Source: Desulfatiglandales bacterium (GTDB lineage: Bacteria; Desulfobacterota; DSM-4660; Desulfatiglandales; HGW-15). Taken from it: a stretch of DNA of 64,000 nucleotides. Position numbers and translations under genes: made by a program. Under the pieces are notes generated by a model. It ran no database searches, was not told the DNA's origin, and saw only the letters and a list, made by a program, of their open reading frames with translations. The stretch covers positions 1,056,001-1,120,000 of the forward strand of contig CAXXJJ010000004.1 of NCBI GenBank assembly GCA_963667015.2. The letters run 5' to 3'. Position 1 is the stretch's first letter. Every line of letters starts with the position of its first letter. Of the stretch, positions 28,305-38,703 are shown one piece after another.

Positions 28305-29807
28305 ATGTCATCATTAAGTGCAAATTTAAAATTATATTTACCATTTCAAAATAAATTTGTCACAGGTCTGTACCTGCTGCAGGCTTTGTGGGTTACCCTG
28401 CTGTTTGCTGATATGCAGATAAGAATTAATATGAGTGAAGTGATACAGTCCGGTCAGTACCCCTATACTCCGATAGTCCCGTTCTTTTATTCTATGTTTA
28501 TTTTCGGGATAATCGCCTCTTCTGTTCAATATGGAATTCTTTTAAAACCTGTTTCCGGCCTTTTGCCGCACCATGCTACAGTGCGGATAAAAACAATCAC
28601 TTACTATGGCGCAGGAGCATCATTACTGTTTCTGATAACCTTTATAATACTGCCCGGTCAGCCTGTAGATTTTAAATATATTATCTATGCTTTACTGCTT
28701 TCTATCAGCGGACTTCCGTTTTATTTTGGTGCTGTTTACTTAAATTTCAACTTAAGCAATCTTTTAAAGAGCAGCCTGCTTCTTTTATTCTATTTCATAC
28801 TCATTTTTTTATTTATTTTCCTTTTTATTTCTTTTCTTTTAATGGAGCATTTCAGGTTTTCATTTTCACAATTCATTTTTTATTTTTTTATGCCTCTTTT
28901 TATCTCCCTGATAATGTTTGCAGCTCTTGCTTTAAGGACATTGAAAGATCCTGATCTAAATAGAAAACATTCCAACGTATCTATATTTCAAACCTTTGAA
29001 GATTTCACCTTAGGAATTTTTGGAAAAATTGAATTCACAGATGATAAAAACTGGGAAAGTTTACCAGGAAAATATCTGATGAAAAAATTGATTTCAAGCC
29101 CATACATGGGAATCATAAAACCGGTTATGGGAATGCTTTATCATGTAACTGAATTTTTATATTATTCAAATGGACAATCACTTGGAAATATAAGTTTACC
29201 GGTTTTATTCACACTGATTACTCTGGTGCAATTGCTTACAGGATACAGCGCAGAAGGCTTTAACATATCCGGCAGCCTCCATACCATACTTACATCTGCT
29301 CCTGTTTTTTTGATGTGCCTGGTTTCCGGAATATATTTCAACCAATATGACAATAATATCCTTTTACCTGTTGGAAGGAAAAATAATTTCAGGTCCGGTT
29401 ATCTGGCATGGCTTACAAAGCCCGTTCTGTTGGAAGGATGGATAATTCCTGTTTTTTTACTTTCATGGATTCTAAAAAGTTTTATGCCCGACTTAACCAT
29501 CTTTGGAATTGGTTTAAAATACAGACCTGTCGGGGTATTCCCCATCCTTCTACCCCTTGTTCTTATTCCGGTATATGACATCTTTATTGATATTGCCAAA
29601 ATCAAATCTTTCATGCTGGTTTTATTTATAGCCGGAGTATTTGCCGGAGCATATGGGGCTCATCTTGTTTTCTCCTATTATACCAATGCACCGGCAGGCA
29701 ATAGGGAATACCCGTTATTATTAATTGCTTTAATAACTGTAATCATCTCAAACGCTGCATTCATTATCAGGCTCAGACAACGCTGGTTAAAAAGTGATAT
29801 TCGATGA
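28305..29807 (+). CDS. polytopic membrane protein, putative ABC permease, paralog 4 of 5
   Basis: ANLKLYLPFQ, KPVSGLLP, ILLPVGR, MPDLTIFG, RWLKSD. Confidence 0.75.
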   Translation: MSSLSANLKLYLPFQNKFVTGLYLLQALWVTLLFADMQIRINMSEVIQSGQYPYTPIVPFFYSMFIFGIIASSVQYGILLKPVSGLLPHHATVRIKTITYYGAGASLLFLITFIILPGQPVDFKYIIYALLLSISGLPFYFGAVYLNFNLSNLLKSSLLLLFYFILIFLFIFLFISFLLMEHFRFSFSQFIFYFFMPLFISLIMFAALALRTLKDPDLNRKHSNVSIFQTFEDFTLGIFGKIEFTDDKNWESLPGKYLMKKLISSPYMGIIKPVMGMLYHVTEFLYYSNGQSLGNISLPVLFTLITLVQLLTGYSAEGFNISGSLHTILTSAPVFLMCLVSGIYFNQYDNNILLPVGRKNNFRSGYLAWLTKPVLLEGWIIPVFLLSWILKSFMPDLTIFGIGLKYRPVGVFPILLPLVLIPVYDIFIDIAKIKSFMLVLFIAGVFAGAYGAHLVFSYYTNAPAGNREYPLLLIALITVIISNAAFIIRLRQRWLKSDIR

Positions 29808-29837
29808 TATAAAATTCAAATAAACAGGATATGTAAA

Positions 29838-31346
29838 ATGTCTTCTTTTCACGCAAATCTAAAATTATATTTACCATTTCAGAAAAACCGTTTTGTTAAC
29901 AACCTTTACTTGATACAGATTGTGATATTCTCGATATTCTATTTTCCTCCTGAAACAAAGGTTCAGATGATAAATGCAGTTCAACCTGGTATATACCCCT
30001 TTACGCCGATGCTTCCTTTTTTTATTTCTATGGCCATGCTTGGGTATATGGTAGCGGCTCTCCAAATTGATATTCTGGTAAAGCCTGTATCATCCTGCAT
30101 ACCTGGTCTTGAAAACATTTTTTTTAAGGTAACACTTTTTACCGGTATTGCAGGCAGTATATTTTATTTTCTATTGTTTTTATTATTACCATTTCCTCAT
30201 ACAGGGTTCAGGTACACCATTTTTGTATTTTTGGTTTCATGCAGCGGTTTATCATTTTATTTTACTGCATTTTTACTCTCCTATAAAATGAAGCAGCATG
30301 ATCCTAATACGCAAATAATATACATATTGTTTCTGATACCCATTTTGTTTTATGTTTTAATTATCTATATAGATATGCAGCACCTGACTTATACATTCCA
30401 AAGTTATATTGTGCTCTGTTTTGCTCCTTTATGTTCAGCAGCTGCCTTGGGCTATTTAGGAGTCTCATTACTGTTAAAAAACACCTTCCTAAAAAGCATA
30501 TACAGCGCCAAATATCACAGGACATTTATAAACAGTAACAAAGAATGGCAAAAAATTGCCTGGTTCAATATTAATATCCCTGACGATAATAACAGAGAAA
30601 GCAGACTGATTGAATATACAATAAAAAAAATGAACAAAGAAGAACATCACAGTTTAAGGAAAAATATCATTGGCATCATCTATTGCTGGCTCGAAAAATT
30701 GAGGCTGTCATGCCGAAGAAAACTGGATAGATACGTACTATTATTAACGGCTATATTGGTGCCACTAATTCAAATCCTGACAGGATACCGGACAATTGAT
30801 GGAGAAGTATTACCTGCGTTACTTCCATTTATTCAGTATGCCATAACAGGGATGTTATCATTTACAACCGCTCTATTATTAGCTCCGGGTAACAATGATA
30901 TTCTTCTCCCCATTGGCCGGTCCGGAATCTTTTACAGTAATTATACTTCCTGGTATATAAAACCCGCTCTCATAATGATACCGACAATATTTGTTGTTAT
31001 TTTATCATGGTGTATAAAAGACTATATGCCTGATTTATTTCTTTTAGAATATAATTTTACCTATACTTCCATGGATACCTATTTAATCTTTTTTCCTCTG
31101 ATTCTTGCTCCTGCTATTGATTTAAGCATTGATAAATTCATGCCTGACTCAGGTTATTTTAGTAAACCTGTCAATTTTTTTATATTATTAATATTTGGCA
31201 CAGTATTATTCTATCTTTTTATTTCTTTTCTATTTATTGACAATATAAGTAATCGTATTTTTAATATGGCCCTGATGATTATTATTTCAAATGGGACATT
31301 TGCTATTTTGCTATCTCACCGATGGTTTAAAAGGGACGCTGTGTAG
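29838..31346 (+). CDS. polytopic membrane protein, putative ABC permease, paralog 5 of 5
   Basis: ANLKLYLPFQ, KPVSSCIP, ILLPIGR, MPDLFLL, RWFKRD. Confidence 0.75.
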   Translation: MSSFHANLKLYLPFQKNRFVNNLYLIQIVIFSIFYFPPETKVQMINAVQPGIYPFTPMLPFFISMAMLGYMVAALQIDILVKPVSSCIPGLENIFFKVTLFTGIAGSIFYFLLFLLLPFPHTGFRYTIFVFLVSCSGLSFYFTAFLLSYKMKQHDPNTQIIYILFLIPILFYVLIIYIDMQHLTYTFQSYIVLCFAPLCSAAALGYLGVSLLLKNTFLKSIYSAKYHRTFINSNKEWQKIAWFNINIPDDNNRESRLIEYTIKKMNKEEHHSLRKNIIGIIYCWLEKLRLSCRRKLDRYVLLLTAILVPLIQILTGYRTIDGEVLPALLPFIQYAITGMLSFTTALLLAPGNNDILLPIGRSGIFYSNYTSWYIKPALIMIPTIFVVILSWCIKDYMPDLFLLEYNFTYTSMDTYLIFFPLILAPAIDLSIDKFMPDSGYFSKPVNFFILLIFGTVLFYLFISFLFIDNISNRIFNMALMIIISNGTFAILLSHRWFKRDAV

Positions 31347-31727
31347 GGGACAGCATTTATACACCTGAAAGTATAAAAAACAGTGGTTTTCCAGGTTTTG
31401 TACAAATTATCCTTATGGCACCATTATTGTACTGTTTCGTGGAGTCATACTTGAAGGCTTTTCAAGCCGTTACGGCAATACAAAGGCAATCATCTATTCA
31501 TCCATTATTTTTTCTCTATTCCATCTAAACCCCGCTCAATTTTGCACCTCCATTTGTGCTGGAGTGATACTTGGATATCTGTATATAAAAACACATCTCT
31601 TTTCCTTGATGGGTATTGACCCTACACAAATCCGAATTCTAAAGAATACATAAAAAATCATTAACTCTTCACAATTATTTTTATTGAGTATAAAATAAAG
31701 TGCTAAAAATGTTTAGGAGATAAAATC

Positions 31728-33797
31728 ATGTATAATAATTTTATAAAATATATCTTACTTTTTTCACTCCTTTCTTTACTTTTAATAACAGCATGTTCTT
31801 CCGATGATTCACCGCCTTATAATCCTCCTGATACAATTACTGTTAACAGCACTGAAGACATTGCAAACCCGGTAGAAGGAACTGTTACTCTCCGTTCGGC
31901 ACTGGCCTCTGCAGCCAGTGGGCAGGTGATTGATTTTGATGCAAGCCTCAACGGAAGTACGATCGAATTAGCCATTATTGGAGAAGAACATACTTCTCTT
32001 AAGGGTGAAGTTATGGGAATGCGGGATGAGGCAAGCGGGCCGGTTTCCTACCTTGTAGGGTATTTTGAACGGGACTATGGAAAATCCGCACTTTATGCCC
32101 ATAAGGATGTAATAATTGACGCATCCGCCCTGCCCTCCGGCATTACCCTTTCCTGGACAGGAACTGATGATGCACGAGTTCTGGCAGTTTATGGTGACCT
32201 GATAATGGAAAATGTAACAGTAACAGGCGGCCGCAGTGTTGCCGAGGATATTTCTGCAACCAACGATGAACAGCCATGGACCCTTGCCAGGGGCGGTGCA
32301 ATAGCCGTATGGGGTGTCGCACAGCTTAGTAACTGCAAACTATATGACAACTACTGCGAAGGTGATTTTGACTCGGCAAGAGATCGCGGGGCATTCGGCG
32401 GAGGCATTTATGCTGATATCGTAGATATGGTGGATTGTATAGTCAGCGGTAATACCGTTTATGGAGGAGGTGTTTCTGGAGGCGGCGTTTTTTCAGTGGG
32501 AGGAGTTGAGACATCCCAGACAACTTCATATATTGAAAGGTCGTCTATTACAGGTAATCACATAACAGGACTTATGGCCTATGGCGGCGGTGTATACTCT
32601 GATGGCGGAGGGATTGGTAATTCCAATACACTCAGACTGATAAACTCAACTATAGCTCAAAACCTTGTAGATTATCCTTTTCCCACATCCTTCGGCTACT
32701 GGCGTGGCGGCGGAGTCTATATGTCAAACGGTTCAATGATAATAAAGACCTGTACCATTGTGGAAAATGAAGTCTATGGAGTAGCCAGAACCGACAGCCT
32801 CGGCAAAAAGAACCTGGCTGGCGGTATTGCTGCAACCATAGGGAATGCCCATGCACTTGAGGACATGATAATAGGGCACTCTATTATCGCTGGAAACACA
32901 GTACATGAGTATGGTGATCCTATCCCTGGAGTTACCTATAACCATGACATCTTTACAGGATCAGCTTTCTATTTTAAGAGTATGGGATACAACCGGATTG
33001 GCGTTATTGACTTCAGCCAGATACTGGTGCCAGTCGGTGAAGAAGACTGGAGATCCCTAAACAGAAAATTTTATCCTCAAAGCAATGGGACAGATATATT
33101 GGATATAGATGGAATAGACATAGCAGATGTTCTTGACCTTACAGATGGCGTAACCTATTCGGAGGATATTCTGTCTGCCGGAGTGAATTCCGGTGAACCT
33201 GCTGTTCTCTATTACAATCCCCAGGGAAGTGCCCTGGACCAGATACCGGCAGGTTCCTACTCTGTAAGTGGTACATATTTTGAGTACAGCATTGCGGATA
33301 ATGCCACAAATAATTTCCTGGAGATCATGCTTGACCGGCTTGAAGCGGAATACTCCCTTACCGGTTTTGCTGCCGACTTTACATCTGATTTTGAAACCTT
33401 TCTTAACAGTGTAGACACTGATGATGAAACTGCAGGCATTCAGCCCTATGAGGATCCGGATGGAAACCCGATATTAGCGCTGGCAGACACACAGTGGTTC
33501 GGCCCTGCTGTTACATGGCCGAAAGAGCTGTACAATTATCCTTATATGGAATTCTGGCATCAGCTGGATGATGCCCTGATCGCGGAAAATATTCCAGGAA
33601 TGGGGCAGGAACTTATTTCGGAGAGCGTATGGGATAATCTTTTTCCTTCGTCAGGATATCTAACTGAAAATACCGGTATTTACCTTAGAAGAATACCAGA
33701 CACATTTTTTACTGTGATCAGTCAGGATGAAGATCAGCTTAATAACCAGCGCCCGGTGAATAGTCTTGGAGATATCGGAGCCATTGAAGTCCAGTGA
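31728..33797 (+). CDS. acidic lipoprotein with beta-helix (CSLREA / pectin-lyase-like) repeats
   Basis: Lipobox LITAC; ITVNST.D....TLRSAL; repeated GGGIY/GGGVY; C-terminal DQ....RP....DIGAIE. Confidence 0.75.
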   Translation: MYNNFIKYILLFSLLSLLLITACSSDDSPPYNPPDTITVNSTEDIANPVEGTVTLRSALASAASGQVIDFDASLNGSTIELAIIGEEHTSLKGEVMGMRDEASGPVSYLVGYFERDYGKSALYAHKDVIIDASALPSGITLSWTGTDDARVLAVYGDLIMENVTVTGGRSVAEDISATNDEQPWTLARGGAIAVWGVAQLSNCKLYDNYCEGDFDSARDRGAFGGGIYADIVDMVDCIVSGNTVYGGGVSGGGVFSVGGVETSQTTSYIERSSITGNHITGLMAYGGGVYSDGGGIGNSNTLRLINSTIAQNLVDYPFPTSFGYWRGGGVYMSNGSMIIKTCTIVENEVYGVARTDSLGKKNLAGGIAATIGNAHALEDMIIGHSIIAGNTVHEYGDPIPGVTYNHDIFTGSAFYFKSMGYNRIGVIDFSQILVPVGEEDWRSLNRKFYPQSNGTDILDIDGIDIADVLDLTDGVTYSEDILSAGVNSGEPAVLYYNPQGSALDQIPAGSYSVSGTYFEYSIADNATNNFLEIMLDRLEAEYSLTGFAADFTSDFETFLNSVDTDDETAGIQPYEDPDGNPILALADTQWFGPAVTWPKELYNYPYMEFWHQLDDALIAENIPGMGQELISESVWDNLFPSSGYLTENTGIYLRRIPDTFFTVISQDEDQLNNQRPVNSLGDIGAIEVQ

Positions 33798-33822
33798 TAT
33801 CCGAATCCTATATCTTCAAGCT

Positions 33823-33904
33823 GCAGGGGCATGACGCATCGTGCCCAAAAAATGTTCATACCGGTTTATCAATTTCACAAGGGCACGGTGCGCCGTGCCC
33901 CTAC
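33823..33904. repeat. pair of inverted GTAG-type REP palindromes
   Basis: gcaggggcatgacgcatcgtgccc ... gggcacggtgcgccgtgcccctac; another hairpin gggcgaaa-gatt-tttcgccc near 34141. Confidence 0.7.
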
Positions 33905-34209
33905 AAATTCATCTCTCAAATCGATAATTAAATTTTATTTTCCTCGTTCCTACGGTCCACCGTGGGAACTTCTGTTTTTGGACGCTCCGCGTTGCTTTTC
34001 AAGGCTCTATGAAATCAAAAGCAGTTAAAATACCTGAATGATTACTATTAATAGGACACTGCTACGCAGTTATGTTTATAAATTTGGCACCTGAATATCA
34101 GAAGGTTTCCCAAATTTGTGTCACTAAACTATAAAAAAAGGGCGAAAGATTTTTCGCCCCTGCATTTTAAATTCACAATCAAACCGGATATACGCCTGAA
34201 TAACAGTAA

Positions 34210-36147
34210 TCACATACCCGGATCTGCTGTTACTATCTTGATTGCATTTCCTGCTGGAACAGTTGTATATCCATTAACCTCCAATACTGATTCAAAAACC
34301 TTATAGGCCTCATCAACAGTCAATTTCGTCGGCGTCATTAGAGTGACCTTCCCTTTGACATCTTTTCCCACAATAAAATTCTTACCGGTTAACTCACTAA
34401 TTAATTTAATAAAGTGTTTAATATCTATATTATCCATATCTATTTGAACCATTCTTGGTTTTTCATCTGAGTTTTGAAGAACAATATTCTCATCTTCTGT
34501 TGATGATTTTTCTAATATATGTGGCGTAATAAATACGTATAGATTCTTACCGATACTTTCGGATGAAGAAGTATCTTTTATAGTTATTCCTGTTACCAAT
34601 ACAATATCTCCATCTTTTGTTATTAACATAGTATTAATATTTTTAATCAAATTCCGCGCTGGATCTTCTTCATCAACCACTTCAACGACTTCTAATTCAA
34701 TATTCTGCGTGATGTAGTTATTTTCACTGATATTAATGGGTAATATTTTTAATTGAATGTCTGGCATACTTGAATCCGCAGATGGAGCAGCGCTCATTGT
34801 GGCAGTTGATCCCTTTGCAGTAATAATTCTGGGAAAACTTAAAACTTTAACATCCGGATCATCATCCATAAAACCAAATAATTCTTCTAAATCCTCAAAA
34901 GATTCACCATCGATATTTATGCCATCTGTAAATGCATGAAAAGCCATTCCAATAACCTCTTGATCCTCCGGAGTTCTGCCAAAAATATCTTTATCAATAT
35001 CGGCTTCCATTATAAGCATTTTATAAAGGATTGTATCCTGTGATTTAATCTCGATTTCCTCTTGAGCCTGATTTGAATTGATTTCATCATAACTGTAATC
35101 TGAAGTTTGTGAAATTCCAGCCATTGGCATTACACAGACAACCATAAATAAAGTTGAACAGATTGTTGTTGTTATCCGCCTTTTGCGATTTTCCCATGAC
35201 TTTTTCTCCAACCATTTTAGGCGAGGTACAAGCCTGAAAGGCTCTTCAAAAATACCGAGGAATCCCAGGCTTGGTTCCATATTCTCTGCAAAGAGTTCCC
35301 GTGCAGTTTTTAAAAGAGTATCACGGTAGGCACCAGTCTTTTCCCGAAGAATATTTGCAACACTCAAATCACAGCATATTTCACATATATACCTCATTTG
35401 CCTGCGTGCCCATATTAACAGCGGGTTAAACCAGTAGACAATTTGAATTAAAATACAAAACCAGTGTACCTGTAAATCACCTCGTTTTAAATGACAAAGC
35501 TCATGAATCAATACATGTTCTGCCTGTTCTTTTGAGAGTTTCTCCATGTATCCCTCTGGTAATATAAGGTAAGGTTTTGTAATGCCATATACTGCAGGAC
35601 TCTTTACATCTTTTGAGAATACTACAGCTGGTATTTTATTAAGTTTTAACTTCTTTGCTACTGTTACCATTAATTCATTATGCCATTCAGGAATGTCCTC
35701 TTTTACCCGCTGCCTGTACCACTTTCTAAACTGAATCATCTTCCTTATCAGCAAGAGAGAGAAAATAAACATTCCTGAAATCCAGCCTGATAAAAGCCAG
35801 GTCTTCCAGGATGCAACTTCAACTCCAGCTTTATTTCCTTCATCTTTAGGTGATATGATTTCGCCACCGTTTATTATCTCATCACTTATACCGATTCGAA
35901 CTGATATCTGTTCTTCGACCTGTGGTTGAGTCCAGGAGATAATACTTGTTGGCATTTCCCATGTAGGAGGAATAATAAGTTTTATAAACACAAGTGCCCA
36001 TAACGCATATCTGACCTGAGGCCATGCCCATTTTCGGATTCCCATGTCCAACGCAGTTACAATGATTATAAGCAGACTAACCTGCCAGAACATGCTACCC
36101 ATCCACTGCCACCATATTTGAGCCATATCATTGAGTTGTGCGATCAT
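34210..36147 (-). CDS. BlaR1/M56 peptidase fused to mini-secretin core and GspD-type N0 domain (copy 3)
   Basis: SPAVYG..KP.LILP, HELCHLKRGD, YWFNPL; VLSFPRIIT, VFITPHIL; C-terminal DIKHFIKLISELTGKNFIV...VKGKVTL..P..LT.DEAY.VFESVLEVNGYT.V. Confidence 0.85.
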   Translation of the reverse strand: MIAQLNDMAQIWWQWMGSMFWQVSLLIIIVTALDMGIRKWAWPQVRYALWALVFIKLIIPPTWEMPTSIISWTQPQVEEQISVRIGISDEIINGGEIISPKDEGNKAGVEVASWKTWLLSGWISGMFIFSLLLIRKMIQFRKWYRQRVKEDIPEWHNELMVTVAKKLKLNKIPAVVFSKDVKSPAVYGITKPYLILPEGYMEKLSKEQAEHVLIHELCHLKRGDLQVHWFCILIQIVYWFNPLLIWARRQMRYICEICCDLSVANILREKTGAYRDTLLKTARELFAENMEPSLGFLGIFEEPFRLVPRLKWLEKKSWENRKRRITTTICSTLFMVVCVMPMAGISQTSDYSYDEINSNQAQEEIEIKSQDTILYKMLIMEADIDKDIFGRTPEDQEVIGMAFHAFTDGINIDGESFEDLEELFGFMDDDPDVKVLSFPRIITAKGSTATMSAAPSADSSMPDIQLKILPINISENNYITQNIELEVVEVVDEEDPARNLIKNINTMLITKDGDIVLVTGITIKDTSSSESIGKNLYVFITPHILEKSSTEDENIVLQNSDEKPRMVQIDMDNIDIKHFIKLISELTGKNFIVGKDVKGKVTLMTPTKLTVDEAYKVFESVLEVNGYTTVPAGNAIKIVTADPGM

Positions 36148-36183
36148 GCGTTACTCCCTTTGATTTCCATACAAATTCAGACT

Positions 36184-36295
36184 GTAGGTTGGGTTAAGCG
36201 AAGCAACCCAACAAAAGATCAAATATATTGCCCCTTAGTTCATTCAAATCTTAAAAAACAGCTTTAGTGAATGTTGGGTTATGAACCCAACCTAC
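36184..36295. repeat. inverted pair of GTAG-type REPs
   Basis: gtaggttgggtt-aagcgaagc-aacccaac (36184) and tgttgggtt-atg-aacccaacctac (36272-36295). Confidence 0.75.
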
Positions 36296-36575
36296 CTCAC
36301 TTTTGACTTAATAAAATTGTCTGCCAAAAGCATCCCTGGATGCGATATATCAATAGATAATCAGATACATATAATATAACAAGCTCTGCAGGAGCGGCAT
36401 ATGTCAACTATGTCACCCCTCTGGGGCTATATATTTTTTGTACTATTGTGGCTATTAATATATCACCGCGATGCGGTTAAAAATCAAAGCTTAAGTCAAC
36501 AACATTAGGTATATAATCCCACTCTTCAAAAATAAATCGGTTATCGTCTTCGAAATGCCATGCAACCTTTGAAGT

Positions 36576-36784
36576 CTATATATCCTTTAATATACCGAGC
36601 TTCCTGTTCTCAGCATCTCTAAGATTACTGTTATACTGATCAAGCTGCTGTCGTAACCCCTCGAGTATCGACAAGTTTGCATGAAGTTGTTCAGGCAGAC
36701 CGCCAATATATTTTTCTCTATATTTTTTCCGTTCTTCAATTTTTTCTTTTAATTGTTTCTCAACAGTATTGAGTTCATTACTTA
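36576..36784 (-). pseudogene. Wzc/GumC-like coiled-coil fragment cut off from the upstream M56 gene region by the IS
   Basis: SNEL..VEKQL.......YREKYIGGLPEQL.ANL..L..L.QQL; joins in frame to 38695-38728 once the IS is removed. Confidence 0.7.
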
Positions 36785-38694
36785 GGGATGACTCAAAAAT
36801 AAAATCACATTTTAGTTGGATGTAAAATATAATTCCACTCAGGTAATAGGCCATTTTTGATGGCTATTTGATCCATTTGTTTGTTAGAAACTTTCTCTCC
36901 TGTTTTATAATTTTTTCTGACAAAATGTGCTTTCACCTTGAGGCCTGTAGATGTTTTTGTAGTACGGATATATTTTAGAACAGTCTCATACGATTCAAGC
37001 GGACGTCCAGCCCAGTTTTTGCTGACCTCTGAAAACAGTCTATGTTCGATAGGGTTCCATTTTGACGAACCGGGAGGATAGTGGCTGACTCTGATGGATA
37101 ATCCATACCGGTTACAAATATTTTTTTGGATTTTATATTTCCACACCCTTGATCGGCAGCTGTTGCTACCGCCTGAATCAGCCAGTATAAGCAGCTCTTT
37201 GACATCCGGATAATTGGCTTTCCCTTCGGTCTTCCACCAGGTCTCAATGGAATCAACAGCAAAAGAGGGCGTATCCCGTGTAACACCCAGAAAAACTGTA
37301 CCGATATTTTTTTGTGTATCATAGATACCGTATGGAATAGCTTTCCCTTTGGCATCACTAGGGAAGTCATGATCTTTAACTTCAATGGGAGATTCCTGCC
37401 AGGAATCTCCCCAGTTTTTAAAGTTCCCAATCAACTCTTTTTTCTTGGTATCAACACTGATAACAGGAAGTTGTCGTTTCGTAAATTTTTCGCGTAAATC
37501 GGCAATATAGCCAAATTGCTGGTCTCTTTTTTTCGGGTCCGGCGGATTGCTTATCCCGGATTCTATTTTTTTACAATTCACTTTCAAGGAAAAGCCCATT
37601 TGTTTTAAAAGCCTGCATACTGTATTTGCGGAAACAATAATTCCAATAGACTCCAGTTCGCTGGATATTTTTTCCGTGGTTTTTCGTGTCCACTTCAGTC
37701 CGCTTATTGGATGGCCTGCTGTTTCGTATTTCAAAAGCTTTCTTATCCTTTCGGTGACCTGCGGAATTTTTTTTCCACAGGTTTTCTGCCGGCTCCTTTC
37801 TCGCGGATACGATCGACTTTTATATCCTGGCTGAATAATTCTCTACGCCCTTTGGAAACAGTATGAACATCCAATCCCAATAATTTTGCGATTTGGTTAT
37901 CTCCGCCATGTCCCAATTTATAGGATTCCAAACCAGCATACAGTCGTCGCTGCTTTTCATCTAATAGACTGAAAAACAATATTATCGCTGCTTTCAGCTC
38001 CTCAGAGAGCAGTTTAATTTCATATGAGAGGTCAACCTCAAATTTTTCAGCGCCTGTTTTACGAACTGCAATCTGCCTTTTTTTATCATGCACTTCACTG
38101 GAAAGATACACATAGTATCCCCCGAATTTCTCTCGGTTGATTCGTCCTTGCTTATAAAGACTCAGAAGGGGGTGTTTGGTTTCAACATGAAGGATATCTT
38201 CAAGTTCGTGAGTTGTATAGCCGGCGTTTGAGTTTTCCACAAACTCTTTTGCCGTTTCAACGAGATTGCCATATTGGGAAAACCACACCGATTGAAAGGA
38301 CCATAAACCAAGTTCATCAAATTTTGGAATGTTCTGCAAGGTGTAGTACTTTCCCCTGTGAGAATAACTTGAAAGATAGTTAAGCTCTTTGAGTGATCGA
38401 AAAACAGTCATTGTACTATTGGTATGAAGTGCATGTTTTAGATTGTCTAACCTTCCGATTTTATTGCTTTTAAAGAATTCCAAGGCTTCGTTTAACCGAG
38501 GTTTTTGAGCGTACATTTGATATAGTTCCCCCTATTAAATTGATAATAGGGGGAACTATATCAAATTATTTTCAATCCTGTCAATATTTAACCTGCTAAT
38601 ATTACAATGTAATATATCTATCGCCATGTCAGACGCTTTCAAGCTTTATGGTATAGTTCATCTTTAATCTGTTAATTTATTTATGAGTCATCCC
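36785..38694 (-). mobile_element. ISAzo13-family insertion sequence (1910 bp)
   Basis: Terminal IRs GGGATGACTCA(A/T)AAATAAA at both ends; 3-bp direct repeat TTA at 36782-36784 and 38695-38697; transposase inside. Confidence 0.92.
36805..38516 (-). CDS. ISAzo13-family DDE transposase, two ORFs joined by a probable -1 frameshift
   Basis: LDEKQRRLYAG.E...LG.GG; GAGRKPVEKK, then the -1 frame at A8 (37767-37774) continues IPQVTERIRKLLKYETAG; ISVDTKKKELIGNFKN, DHDF, LILADSGGSN, HYPPGSSKWNPIEHRLFS. Confidence 0.88.
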
Positions 38695-38703
38695 TTAGAA
38701 AAG

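Noticed and set aside
31416..31580. Sigma54-like TGGCAC-N5-TTGT and a short repeat GGAGT(C/G)ATACTTG 120 bp apart
   Set aside because: The -12 element is imperfect and far from the next start; two short copies are not enough for a call
36785..36854. N-terminus (MAYYLSG...) of the 92-aa ORF 36576-36854 as a real gene start
   Set aside because: That part lies inside the IS end; only 36576-36784 is host-derived
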